This document shows positions 26,210 through 38,962 of a stretch of 64,000 bases of DNA, piece after piece. The DNA comes from Setoptus koraiensis (Eukaryota > Animalia > Arthropoda): assembly GCA_048013815.1 (NCBI GenBank), contig CM106586.1:9238001-9302000 (forward strand), written 5' to 3'. The position numbers and the translations under genes are program-made. Each line of letters begins with the position of its first letter. Positions within the stretch are counted from its first letter, which is position 1. The notes under the pieces were generated by a model that saw only the letters and a program-made list of their open reading frames with translations, had not been told where the DNA came from and ran no database searches.

Positions 26210-27321
26210 AATCTATCTAATATGTGTGTTGGTCGACCAATTGTTATTTGACAAACAACGGCTTGAATGATGTGTTAATACTAGTTAATTTGTACTATTG
26301 ATTAAATAACAACAACAACAATAAACTAATATTGTAACAATAATAATAATGATGCTAATGTATAAATTGAGAAACCTAATGCTCACCCACTAACATTCAC
26401 ATATGAATTCCCACTCTGTTAGTGAGTGTGTGTGTGTGTGTGTGAGTGTGTGCAATCTGAAGCACACTCAAGGCGCGCACATAACGCACAGATGCAGCAT
26501 AGACATGCATTCAAGTTGTGAGTTTGCTGCGAGCGACAATGATAGATAGTGGGCGTTTTTCATTTTTCGCTGTGTTCCATTTAACTGACTGCCAGTCACC
26601 TAGTTTCGCTGTTGTGCTAGTTGCTAGTTGATAGTACAGTGGTTTGGCGCGACGTGACGCTATCTGAGATGATGAGATTTGATGCGACGCGATCCCGATG
26701 ATCACTAGCACAACAGTCTGTTTGCCCGACTAACGGACAAGAGGAGCTCCTGTGAGCCGCAACCAATTTATAAACATTGACGCGACCGATTTCCACGAGG
26801 GGCGCTCTCCGTGTCCCGTGATGAGCCGGCTATCGGCATCGAGCCGAGTGACAGCTGCGTGGAGACGGCCGAGAGCGCCGCTCTCGCGGATCATTTTCGC
26901 AGCGTCAATAGGCGCGCTAATGATAACGAAGACACAGCATTGAACATGAGCAGTGCAAGCGTATAGCGTACAGCGGTGTAGCGCATAGAAAACTTGCTCC
27001 AACCCTACCTCGCAGCTTCCGAGAACAGGCGCCAAATTCAAGTATAACTGAGAGTGCGCATGCGCACATCAAACTCATCAATGAGCAGCTGACAACAGTG
27101 TGTTCGTTGTGCTGCCGCTCAATGCATTTGTTTTTTTTTTCTGTATCATCATTATTTTTTATTATTGTTGTTTACCGTCATGTGTGTTGCAAGTTGCAAC
27201 ACTCGAGGCTTGTGACGTTGGATATGATGACTTCGCTTGCACCGACAATGTATCTTATAATTTATAAAACTAACTAACAAGACTAACAAGATCTATTGAC
27301 AACGAATATTCTAGCACCAAT

Positions 27322-29955
27322 ATGAAGCTTGTTAATATTTTAGTGTCATCCCACTTGCGGAATCACATTCATCTTGCACAACTACAGCAACGACGCCACC
27401 ATCAACCGCAGCAGCGACGACAACAACAAACATCGATTAGCAACCAATGTCTTCTACTTGGCACTATCAATGTAGTGTCAACTACAAAAACTGCCAACAA
27501 TAAGACTAACGGCAACAGCTTGGACGCAACACTCGATGAAGTCATAACCGTTTATGTGACCGCTATAATAGAGTTGAATAATTCTAGTTCCTCCGTCCCT
27601 TCACTTGTGTCAAACAAAGTGACACTCTCTAAATCGGAATCTCTGAATCACGAAGGAAGCCTCACTATAGTCGGTATGATTCGTAGCGACTGCCCACCGA
27701 ACAACTTTGCTGTTGCATCAAATGCACTAGATAATGATGTAACTGATGCACAATCGAATACATTGAGTCATACATCACGACAATGTCGTCAAATTGTTCG
27801 TCGTATCTATTCAAAATGTTCCGACTTTCAACGGCTCCTGATGGAATCTCTATTTTGTGACTCGCAATACTTTCTTTACATTGAGGGCTGTCATGGGAGA
27901 ATTCGGGGACCATCGAACGATGAGAGGAACATTGATACAACAATTTATGAAAAAGGTTATCATGACAAATTATATTGTGATGAAATATTTTCATTAGATC
28001 GCTTGTTGTATAATAATAAGTGCCCTCGAGACAATTGCTCAGAGGAATATTTCTTCTTTACAGACAAAATGACACAATGTTTCGATAAAAGTTCCATAAC
28101 TGTGATACAACATGATCCTAATGAGTTATTACAATCGCACCTACTGAGAGGGATAATATCTCAAAGGAAGAACCAACTACAAGGTACACCCACAGACATA
28201 AAATTGTACGAAGACGAACACAAGGAAGACATGCAATACCACTCAAACTTTCCATTTTTTATACCATTCTTATTTGAATCACTCGAGAACACTTATTGCG
28301 CAATCAAAACTAGTTTGAGACATAATCAACTATACTTGAAACTTTCTCAACCGTTCAACGCTACTAATGACACCATGCTTCTTCACGTTTACCATTGGCA
28401 CAACTCAACAAACAGTTCGACTATTAGCTGCAACAACCACGAGATGCCGGTAGCCTTATTTGACTTGGATCTAGTAGCTTTATCAAACGGTCATGACATA
28501 ACTCTAATGAGAAGATACAACAGTGATAGAGAAGGAGTATTCTCGAACTTTCCTCATACAACTGTTAGTTCGAGACAGCAGGAGTTAACGCAAAGAATTG
28601 AGGGGAAGAATCAAAGACGATTCATCAGGAGAACTTTAAGCACTCCGGACGACATGGTTACAGGTTTGAATTATCAAAGTGAAATTAACTATGATGTTCA
28701 AAAGGGCGACAACAAGAAATTATCTTTATTTTATTGGCTTGATAAATTGCAAGATTTATCCGTGAGAAAAACATGTACAGGTCGTCAAATTTATCTAAGG
28801 TGCGTACAACTAAGACATTGCTATAAGGCCTTGGTCATATCGCTACGGGAAACTACATTTGTTAGACGATCACTTTTACGTACTTGTGGAGGAGATGTGC
28901 ACTATGATTCCTCGCAAGATATTACTCCGGAATACGTAGTTTCCTCGCTCAATGTTCTCATGTCCGTAGGTATGGATATATTTATCGGATTTACTCTCAC
29001 TTTACTGTTGATGTTATACATAGGACCAAGCAACTGGTTTGACATGTCCATGAATCATGCAGTTCGTGTCGTGGACCAAGTACAAAGGTTATTAAATTCC
29101 TTAATTGGTATGCCTGTCGGACTAAAGCTTAATTCACACTTGAATCAAGCCATGGGAAAGCTATTTTTGTATCATATTTATCTTTGGAAAACTTTTGTGA
29201 CTCTCATTCGACCTCTGCTAGCAATCGCTATCCATGCTCTGACATTGACGGGTCTCCTAGGTCTTAGTTGCCTTCTAAGTGTTGGATGCGACCTGTTTGC
29301 TTTGATAACAATACACATATATTGTTTTTATGGATATGCAGCGCGATTCTACAATCTACAAATACGAGGACTGATTGCCTTGTGGAGATTGTTTCGAGGC
29401 AAAAAATGGAATCTATTGCGCCAAAGGGTAGACTCACATTCTTATGGAGCCGATCAATTGTTTGTTGGCATGATATCATTCACGATAATAGTTTTCTTAG
29501 TGCCAACTGTACTTACATATTTTCTAGTATTTTTCACCTTGCATCTGGTTACGAGACTTCTGCAAGATACTCTGAAATATATCTACTATTTGTTGACAGG
29601 CTCACCAATTTATACTATTATCCTATGGTTGATGAGTTCCAGAAGAGTGGCTTGCCAAGTACGCATCTTACCTATAACGCCAATTGAGGCCGAAGATAAT
29701 CAAGTTACCAGGAGTGTCGCATTCAAGAGAACTTTCGTTTACCTCACATCATGTATCGCATCTCTAGAAACTACTCTGTCTATGAACTCGCAACTGCATT
29801 CCTACCAACGCTCAAAACAATACAATCAAAAGGGACACTATGAGTTTAGAAACAAGCTGCTCATGTTCAAACTATTACAGGGCCACTCTCCATTGACAGA
29901 ATTAGTGTCTTTTGAATGTGTACGCAAAAAGTTGTTGTTGGGAGAAATTTTCTAA
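27322..29955 (+). CDS. PIGQ: GPI-GlcNAc transferase subunit Q with long N-terminal region
   Basis: Gpi1 domain: GMPVGLKLNSHLNQAMGKLFLYHIYLW, ALWRLFRGKKWNLLRQRVDS, DQLFVG. Start codon uncertain. Confidence 0.88.
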   Translation: MKLVNILVSSHLRNHIHLAQLQQRRHHQPQQRRQQQTSISNQCLLLGTINVVSTTKTANNKTNGNSLDATLDEVITVYVTAIIELNNSSSSVPSLVSNKVTLSKSESLNHEGSLTIVGMIRSDCPPNNFAVASNALDNDVTDAQSNTLSHTSRQCRQIVRRIYSKCSDFQRLLMESLFCDSQYFLYIEGCHGRIRGPSNDERNIDTTIYEKGYHDKLYCDEIFSLDRLLYNNKCPRDNCSEEYFFFTDKMTQCFDKSSITVIQHDPNELLQSHLLRGIISQRKNQLQGTPTDIKLYEDEHKEDMQYHSNFPFFIPFLFESLENTYCAIKTSLRHNQLYLKLSQPFNATNDTMLLHVYHWHNSTNSSTISCNNHEMPVALFDLDLVALSNGHDITLMRRYNSDREGVFSNFPHTTVSSRQQELTQRIEGKNQRRFIRRTLSTPDDMVTGLNYQSEINYDVQKGDNKKLSLFYWLDKLQDLSVRKTCTGRQIYLRCVQLRHCYKALVISLRETTFVRRSLLRTCGGDVHYDSSQDITPEYVVSSLNVLMSVGMDIFIGFTLTLLLMLYIGPSNWFDMSMNHAVRVVDQVQRLLNSLIGMPVGLKLNSHLNQAMGKLFLYHIYLWKTFVTLIRPLLAIAIHALTLTGLLGLSCLLSVGCDLFALITIHIYCFYGYAARFYNLQIRGLIALWRLFRGKKWNLLRQRVDSHSYGADQLFVGMISFTIIVFLVPTVLTYFLVFFTLHLVTRLLQDTLKYIYYLLTGSPIYTIILWLMSSRRVACQVRILPITPIEAEDNQVTRSVAFKRTFVYLTSCIASLETTLSMNSQLHSYQRSKQYNQKGHYEFRNKLLMFKLLQGHSPLTELVSFECVRKKLLLGEIF

Positions 29956-30185
29956 TTCATAAAAACCATCCATCGGAGTGTTAAATTACTATTTAGTGAA
30001 TAAAAAAACTACGCAGTCTAATCACTCGTAGGCCTGCATTTAATTGATATCGCAGACACTTTACTAGATGAGCAATCATTTCACTTCAACGCAATCGAAC
30101 CAATTTTTTCCGGCAAGAGACACAGGAGCATCACCGAAAAAGGATGGCATTTCCCTTTGGCACTATTACAGTTTTTCGTACCAGA

Positions 30186-30392
30186 ATGTATAAGTTTCTA
30201 GGTATAGCGGCTATCTGCTTGATAGTATTATTATGCCTCACAAATGGACGACAATCAGCCCCTGATGTACATAGAAGAGGAAATTTTCCAACGGCGGCAA
30301 GGAACATCAATGTTAACGTTTTAAACAACATTCGATTTCCAGGGAACTTTGCACCCGACGATTTCGATTTTGATCCCTTCATGCATCCATAG
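30186..30392 (+). CDS. Small putative secreted peptide (68 aa)
   Basis: Signal-peptide-like MYKFLGIAAICLIVLLCLTNG followed by a short mature region with repeated FP.N motifs. Confidence 0.5.
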   Translation: MYKFLGIAAICLIVLLCLTNGRQSAPDVHRRGNFPTAARNINVNVLNNIRFPGNFAPDDFDFDPFMHP

Positions 30393-30514
30393 TCTGGGAG
30401 AGGATTTTGATAAAACTTGCGATCGTATCAACAATTAAGCCTGTGAATTGGTGAAGTTTGTTTGAACCCCACCACAGATTGCTGAGTCTATTGAAGTCAA
30501 GAAAAAGTTGTAGA

Positions 30515-30667
30515 ATGTACATGTTGAATAAAATCAATTTGTATACTATAAGTATGCTTAGTGCATTCAGAATGGACATTTTAAATAATCGTCAATTTCC
30601 AAGGAACCTTGATACTGCGAACTCATGTTGGAACCCTCGTTGTTTAATCAATGTTGGGTCGCTGTAA
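30515..30667 (+). pseudogene. Diverged tandem paralog or remnant of the 30186 peptide
   Basis: Shares AGAATGTA, AATGGAC and TTTTAAA(C/T)AA...ATTTCCA.GGAAC.TTG blocks (ILNNRQFPRNL vs VLNNIRFPGNF). Confidence 0.35.
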
Positions 30668-31450
30668 ATTCCTTTTCATGACATGGCAGAGTAGGTGTTG
30701 TATCTGTGGTGGAATGCTTTGTAGCTATGACTGAAGTAACCCCACTTCTTGACAATGCCTCGACATATAACTAAACTTATCTTTCAAACCATCAAACTAG
30801 ACTAGTTGACAAAGATTGTCATTCTCTGTCCGAATTGAGGCGACTGTTGCGACACTGAAGGCATTTTTTTTCTTCGCAAGCACTTTTTCGCATTGTTATC
30901 CCCAATCCTAGAATGAAGCTGTTAACCAGTACAACTGTTACCAACGAGAGGAGCAAGATTAGCAAACAATTGTTGCCAGTGGCCAAATCACTTGATGGAC
31001 GATAGCTAATTGAATTAGAACATTTATAGAACTAATTGAATTATTGTCAAGACGCCTCAGTAGTGGTTTGATATCATTATAGAACTCGGATATCTCCAGT
31101 TGAGGCATCTGTTAGCATGATGCCTTGTTGCGTATGTTTGTGTGAGGATAAAAATAGCGGCTGTCTGCACATAGCGGGCTTGTCGCTATATAAATATACA
31201 AAGCTATCTTAGCTGTCAACTGTGCATGATGTATGAGCAACTTAGACTTTCGAATAGCTGATTTCTCTATCTTGCTGAGGCCAATGACAGAATGGTTTGA
31301 TTCGTTTAATGGCCTCGTAGTGGAAGACACTTTTCTGGCGAGTTTATCCACTTGTCGCGGTTGTTAGGTTATTATAGGCGAGCTGATAGCGAGATGAAAT
31401 TTCCTCTGCTGATATTCAAATAACCCTAAACTCTTCATTACATTATACTA

Positions 31451-31522
31451 TCCGTTATTGTCTAGTGGTTAGGATGTCTGGCTTTCACCCAGGAGACCCG
31501 GGTTCAATTCCCGGTAACGGAA
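31451..31522 (+). tRNA. trnE-TTC: tRNA-Glu (anticodon TTC)
   Basis: Acceptor stem TCCGTTA/TAACGGA, anticodon arm TCTGG-CTTTCAC-CCAGG, T-loop GGTTCAATTCC, and a downstream TTTTT Pol III terminator. Confidence 0.96.
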
Positions 31523-31983
31523 CAATCTTTTTGCCAAATTGATACATTGAATTTCGAAGAGCAAACCGACTTGACATATTTTCCAAGACACTCCTTCCCT
31601 GAGAAGCATCTCTACGCCCCAATCCCCAATATTTTTACAAGGCTCAAATTGTTTCCCTTTGAAGGCTTTCAAGAAAAAACGCCAGACCAGCTCCCACAGT
31701 CTCTGTTTTCACATGCAGTTGCTGAGCCAACGTTTCTTCTGAGCGGGGATTTTTCGCTCGCTTGATGATGGTGCAAGGTGAGTAGACCTCTCCAAAGATC
31801 TCGATTCTCGAGGAGTCATTCTCACAGAGAGGTAGACATTTTGGAGAGATATGGGCTCCCTCCACAACTTGAAAATATCGCTTGGCGAGAGCGCCAACAC
31901 CATTTTCTGGATTCAATTTTGGCGCTGAAAAAAAAGACAAATAGAAACATTGAAAACGTGTAATTCTTTGGCATTTGGCCCCG

Positions 31984-32991
31984 ATGGTTGGGGCGCGTTT
32001 GGATGGACTGATGTATCACTTTTATCACTCGATTACGGATTCAACAATGGATACATTCAAAGTGATTTCCATATTTACATTTGGTGCCAAATTAAAATGT
32101 AGTTCAGAGATAGCCTGTTTAGCCGCTCACACGTGGCACAGATTCCATCTGAGATGCTGCGGTGGATCAACAAACATCGCAGCCCATGATACTCACGCTT
32201 ACCTGGCCTCTTGTCTATTATTGGCCTTCCGTCATTATGAGCAACAATTAAATCCACGCGATCTAGTGAATGTCATCATAGCCTCTATTCATCAACCGAA
32301 AAATTTCCTCCTCGACAAACCCAATATGACCCTACTCGAACAGACCATAATGAATGCCACAGAGGTTGTGTTACGAGTTATCGATTATAAAGTTGGCTAT
32401 TATTTAGTACCGGGTCCGGAACACCAATATAGCTCGTCTGTTTTAAATAATGTGAACGCAAGAAGCACCCTGATGAATTTAAACCAGGCCTCCACATCCT
32501 CCAGTCAGGTCACCACCAGCGACGTTAGTGGTAGCAATGGTGTCACTTGTAGTAGCAGTAGTAACAAAGTGAAAAAGCCCATCATATCAGCAGCCCAGAA
32601 GAGCACAATTAGTCCACATAGGTACATGACACATTATTTAGATTCTTTGTGTGATCTTTTTAATGACAAGGCACTCACCGAAAAACTTTGTAACACAGCC
32701 TGGACTTATTTATGTGATTTTTATTGTAGTTCCAAAGTTGTTCATTACAAACAAGAGTATTTAGCTTGTGCCAGTATAGAGATGGCACTTAAGACACTTA
32801 AAATGACTGTACCCACTTCTAGCTCCGACGATGCCTCAACTAATGAAACGGCCAAACGAGGATGGTACAATATATTTTGTGAGGACTTAAACGAAAAAAC
32901 ACTGGATAAATTAATACTCACCATGATAAATGAGTATTCCCATCTAGATGATTTAATCGAGAATGAGACTTCTGGTCTTTATGCTGCCTAG
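31984..32991 (+). CDS. CCNQ: Cyclin Q / FAM58-like cyclin
   Basis: Cyclin box FKVISIFTFGAKL...YLASCLLLA...YEQQLNPRDLVNV, then AWTYLCDFY and LACASIEMAL. Start could be 31984, 32011 or 32047. Confidence 0.75.
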   Translation: MVGARLDGLMYHFYHSITDSTMDTFKVISIFTFGAKLKCSSEIACLAAHTWHRFHLRCCGGSTNIAAHDTHAYLASCLLLAFRHYEQQLNPRDLVNVIIASIHQPKNFLLDKPNMTLLEQTIMNATEVVLRVIDYKVGYYLVPGPEHQYSSSVLNNVNARSTLMNLNQASTSSSQVTTSDVSGSNGVTCSSSSNKVKKPIISAAQKSTISPHRYMTHYLDSLCDLFNDKALTEKLCNTAWTYLCDFYCSSKVVHYKQEYLACASIEMALKTLKMTVPTSSSDDASTNETAKRGWYNIFCEDLNEKTLDKLILTMINEYSHLDDLIENETSGLYAA

Positions 32992-34440
32992 CTAACATTC
33001 TTCTTTCGCAGAACAGCAAGGCGCAAAAATACAAGTGTGAGTCCAGTTATCTGTAAACGAATGCATCATTATGTTTTTGTGTCTAGCCAACTAGCAAGAA
33101 TGGGCATCAAATGAAAACATTGTCTCTCGTGTTTGAAGCCCTTTCCCTCTTTTTAATATAGATAAATTGTCTCTAATACATAACTAGCTAACCAGTTAGA
33201 GTGGGCAAGTTTGAGAGTTGAAAAACTGATAAGCTGGAGAGCAGAGTAATGCAGAGCAGCAGCGCTGCAGATCTGAAGAGCTGAAGAGCTGAATGGCCAA
33301 GAATCTAGAGAGCCTAAAGGGGCCTTGGTGAAAGAAAGAGACCCACTTGCTTTAACTGGATAATCTTAAACCATCATTGTTGTTGTTGTCATTGTTGTTG
33401 TTATATAACAGTTGTTATAAAAGTTGTTGTTATAGAAGTTGTTGTTTTTTTTTGTCGGTGGTGGTGTCTCTTTTGTTGTTGATGTTGCAGGGCTGGCCAA
33501 GGTTGGGCTAGCTTCAAAGTATAAGGCGCCTGTGGTGTTTTGTTGGGGGATGATTTACTTAAAAAAGTGAGCGAAAAAATCCGACAACAAATCTTGCTCT
33601 AGGATAGAGAATGATCTTGCATCTAGTGCTGCACTACAACAACGTCGACAAGGACGACTAGTCGCATTAATACAGATGCTTTATATCAAACGGACTATAG
33701 GCTACCACTGTATCGGTCACTGACCGAGACCAAGCTCGAATAAGCCAGCCAGCTCACCTCACTGTCAGTGGACGCAATTCCCAAGGATAGGCTGTCAATA
33801 ATTTTTATCTTGATCTGCGTCTTTCCAGTTCCGGTTGAGCGGATCCCGTTCACCGAACCGACGATCGCCATCAAAGCTAGATTGGCGCTCAATATCTAAC
33901 AGCTAAGCCAACTGTTCAGGCTGACAGGTTCAAGCAGCAATGGGGCAAAATTAGTAAATGTGTGTGTGTGTGTGTGTGTGGCCAAATGGCACGCCAGTCA
34001 AGTCGAAGTGTGGCGCACGTGATAGTTGTATCTATCGTGTTGTCGTTGTTTGTGTTGTTGCTGATGATGTAACGACAATAATAATAGTACATGTGTAATA
34101 ATGGATAATTTCTATGGGATTTATAGATAACATCTATGTACATGTAAATAATTGGTTGAGGGCAGCGGTTGCAATGGTGTCTAACATATCAATTTGTTAA
34201 ATACTCTCTGTTTTGGGCCAACAACATAAACACCTTGATAACACCATCAAGAACCAGGGGGAGAGACAGAGGCAGAGCGGGCGACACTTTTCTAGAAATG
34301 CGTCCCTCTATCTTGAGCTTGTCTCATATTGTTTGAATCATTCTTGTGTGCTTGGGGTGGTAAATAAGATTATGATCAACGACACACGACAAAGTTTTGT
34401 TGGTAGTGTCGCTTGGCGCCAATATACAAGCGCACGGAGG

Positions 34441-34443
<3 letters not shown>

Positions 34444-34497
<54 letters not shown>
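34444..34497 (+). repeat. (AG)n microsatellite
   Basis: Perfect dinucleotide run; one of many SSRs in 33-64 kb. Confidence 0.95.
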
Positions 34498-34498
<1 letters not shown>

Positions 34499-37400
34499 CA
34501 TACACAGGAAGTAAGAGTGGAGGAAGGCGCACACGAGCGCGATACAATTGAATAGGCCCCAATGGCAAGTCGCTATGCGCCACCGTTATGAGCATTGTGT
34601 GATATGTGTGTATGTGTGTGTGTGTGTTTCCCCAAAGGAGAACATATTTACACTTTGGGGCTTGTTGAAATTCAGTCAGTGGCATTTTAGCTTGCATGAA
34701 CAACAACAAGAGTTTATCTCCTTCTCGCTGGTTTGGTTCTTTTTCTACGTCTTGGGGAATTGGGGCTATGACATAACGTAGTGTGTCACATTATTATAGC
34801 CCCTTGCAAGTCAGATCACATACATGGGCCACTGTTTAGTATAACAGGGCGACAGCGACTGATAACCGGCGATAGCACGAGAGAGGTGAGCACGGCGCAC
34901 AGCATACATTACACAGTATAGGTTCACGCTTAGCTCTGACCCCCTTTACCCTTACGTCTTGCTTTTGAGTTGCACAGCGGCTGGCCAAGGCTCATATGAA
35001 ATCAATTGGAATGGGGGTCGTCACAGCACACCGTGCGCCACGCGTTGTCTATGATTTCGGCGATGATTGACTGTTGTTAGATCATCGTCACCGTCATCAC
35101 CATCGCCATCACGGGTGCCGACACCAGCAATCATAGCGCTCGATCATTACGCTTGAGAGGCACCGAGAGATAGATTGAGAGAGCGAAGAAGTCAACAAGT
35201 ATCGCTGATGCGAGCGATGGGCGGTTTGGACCGGCCCACAGGCAGCTCACGGCCGGCTTACAGGCAGCTGCCAATCGCGAGGCCGTGGGCTGTGTCAGTG
35301 CGAGTTGCGAGTCAGGTTGTGACAGCGCTAGAAGCGGTATGCCGGCCAGTAAAATTGCTGGCGCCGCTGCTCAACGCACACAAAGAAGATGGACACGGGT
35401 GCACGGACACACGAACACAAACAATTACACGCGGCAGTGTCACCGCTGTATAAGACGAGTCTAATCCAAATCGAAATAATCAAGGTGCAGGCGGGGGAGC
35501 GCCGGCGTTTAAGTGAGGCCGGTCAAATGAGACCGGTCAGATACGGACGCAAACGAGCGGGCACGCCGACCGGCTGATTGGGGGCGACTGACACACAGGG
35601 ACGATCGCGAATAATATCGTCATGATTGTGGCATGAGAATACTACGCTTCGCGTATTTTCCATGGCCCGTTCTCATGAGCCGATTGTGGCCCGCTGTTCA
35701 TTTGCACCCACAAACGCGCCCACAAACAAACAACATACCAGAGCAGTGTATGCATCACAACCACCAGTGGATAGCGATCGTTCATTAAGAGTGTCGCCCG
35801 ACAATCGCGCTGCAGCCCAGTTTTGGGTCGTTGGCGAAATGGCGCGCATTCGTGGCCGGCCAACTATCGTCCCAATTGGATATTCAGCGGGCGAGTCCGG
35901 CGCGGTCGTTAATGCTCTCTCTCTCTCTCTCGCTCTCTGGTCGCTCCGCTTAATGACGCTAACACATTCTTATCGCGGCGAGCGAGGCGATCAATTTTTT
36001 AAGGTCAACACAAAATCGCCACCCAAAAGAATTCGCGCCCCATTGTTCTTAGCTAGCGATAGCGAGGGAGTGAGTGCAATATATCGAGAGCCAGAGAATT
36101 TTCTGTTTGTGGGCCAGTTACGCGGCGCACACACACACACACACATTGGCATTGGTTCGCCGCGTCACATGGGCCCAGTGGCACCAGTGAACCAAAATGC
36201 AGAATGCGGCACAATTGTGCACAGGATCGAGCGAGCTGTGCGCATGTCTGATGGCGCGCGATGGTGGACAAGTTGGCTGAATCGAATCGAACATCGACGC
36301 GTTGCACACTACATAATGCGTGGTTGTGCGTCGAAATTCGATTGTGTGTGCGTTCGCAAGCGCTGCCAGCGGCAGCGGGACTGATTGTCAGTGCACAATA
36401 AAGTGCAGTAGTGATGATATTGTTGTATGGAAACTGTTGTTTTGCCTCTTCCATGGCTGCTGGCGCTGCTGCGATGGAAGAGGCAACGCACACACGCACA
36501 CACACACACTGCACGGCCCTTCGAACAGTCATTCGAGCAGCGAACATTCATAAAAGCGGCCGCGCTGGTGAACCCTATCTCGTGTGTGTGTGTGTGTGTC
36601 CACCTTGAGTTGTGCGCTGGTACACACACAGTGGAATAACTGCGCACAGCTTCTTCATCTTGTTCGCCACTGGTCTCTTCCCCCTTCCCCCGCCCTTTCC
36701 CCGCGTGCGTTCCCCGCTCTCTCGCTCGCTGTGTGTGTGCGCTCGCTCAGAGCGAGTCGCTCTGGTATCAACGCCCGCTGTGTGTATCCGATACACACAA
36801 TGTGAATGCGCCTGAGTGTGTGTGTGTGTGAGAGTTTTGGTCGAAATGAATTTGATTCGAATCGAATTTTGTTTTTGAGCGCACACACACACACAGACAC
36901 ACAAACGAACAGACGCACACACGCATACACATTATCCGCAGTACCGAGCAAACACACACACGCACACACACACACGCACACACACACACACTCGCTCACT
37001 CACATTTATCGATCACCCGGTTTACACGCACACACACACACACACACATAGGCAGACAGACAAGCGGACAGACGGACAGAGCGCATCTCGGGCATCGAGT
37101 GAGTGTAAGATGGAACAACAATAATCATAACAACACATCGGCACAAGCAGCAGCATCTTATCGCTTGGTTATGCTATACGTTATCCTATCTCGCACAACT
37201 AACGAGCCGCCGGACTGTCGAATTACAATAACGCCGGTAGTAATGAATAATAACCAATAATAGTAATAACAGCAACAACCGCAACAACAGCAACAACAGC
37301 AACGACCAGCAACGCCAAGACAAAAAAGCAAGCGAACAAGATCCGACCGACGAGAGCAACACACACACACACTTGTGAAGAATTAGAGGAATAATAATAA

Positions 37401-38258
37401 TAAAAGCAGCAACGTAACAATGTTGGCCCTTTTGCCATGGTTACGATGACCACCGGTCAGCCAGGCATCAGCTAAATCGTTATCATTACCTCCATTATCA
37501 TTGCTATTATTATTAAAAGCATTATTATTATTACTATGCTATTTTTTCTTACATAATCAACATTTTTATTACTGTTGTTGCTGGTGCCGTTGTTGCATTA
37601 TCATATACAGATAACTCTATATTCGCAAATATCATCATCGCAACACAGTACAGATATATTACACAGTACAGTTGTCGTTGTTGCCGTCGTTGTTATGAGT
37701 TGCCGCCACAGTGAAGCCAACACAGTGAACAATGAAACGACAATGCAACCAGCCATCGCCATGAATCGAACAAGAACAAAATACAGACGAACCCACCATA
37801 GATAAATAGATAGATAGATAGATAGATATATCACATAGTCGGTCGATGAATATATTTATAGGTGAATATATATTTGTATACACGTTGTATTTATTTATTT
37901 GGTTCATGTCCGAAACACACACACACTCACACTCACACATACCTAGCCGCCATGATGCTCAGAAGTCACTGGTCAAGCCATGTTACTACTCATTTGCTCC
38001 ACTACTCAGCCACCACGAGTTGTACGTGAATATCCATTCGTGAACACACACACACAAACCGACACACACACACCTTCTCGCAAGACGTGACCCTATGATA
38101 CTTACACGACGACAAGAAGAAGAAGAAGAAGAAGAAGAAGTAGAAAAAAGAGTTAGCAATTAATGGGCAATCAAGCGTTTGCAAACAAAGTGAAATCACA
38201 ATAATCAAGAGCTGAGAATAATAATCAAATAATAATAGCGGATGAACCAGATAATCGA

Positions 38259-38907
38259 ATGGCACAAGTTCATCGGCAACCGAGCAGCAATTACTTATTT
38301 GTTTGCTTGTTCTGGTCTATGGCCACTCTAGTCAGTGTCAATCTAATCGCAAATCAAATCTTCGCTGACGTCTTAATTGCACCTTCAGAACAACAACAGC
38401 CCACAACACAGCGCCATAATCAAAATTATAACAAAAATAGTAATAGGACTAATTCAGATATTTTATTATTAGACAATGCTGGACAATCGGCATTCGATTC
38501 GACATCGGATGGAATTTCAGTAAGTAAAAAACATACATATGGAATAACGAGAGACCTGGGTGCTAGTAGCCGGTATACGTCGTCGTCGTACGTGACCGAA
38601 CACAAATCGATTGAGGGAACCTCTCAACGAGCGCGCGACACTCTCAACAATTCATATTCATAGCGCACATAAAGCGAATCTCTTATACAGACGAACGCAC
38701 TCACTCACAAACTAACCCCAACGCTAACTCATCGAACTAAAATATTCTTATTGTTATTTTTGTTGTCCATCGTCGTTATTTTTCATCATCGCCATCGTCT
38801 CTTTATATAGGGTAAGGAAAGAGAAAAATTTCGATTTTATTGCAGATATAGAGTCTCATCAATTAAAAATGTCAACCAACTTATTTGCTATCTAAATTTA
38901 TTCACAT

Positions 38908-38962
<55 letters not shown>

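Noticed and set aside
31778-31963. ILERYGLPPQL resembling an LTR integrase motif
   Set aside because: No D,D35E spacing or other integrase or RT motifs nearby.
34213-38265. Many 60-250 aa ORFs upstream of tutl
   Set aside because: Dominated by CA/GA/CAA repeats (HTHT, CVCV, RERE); no domains or consistent splice structure.
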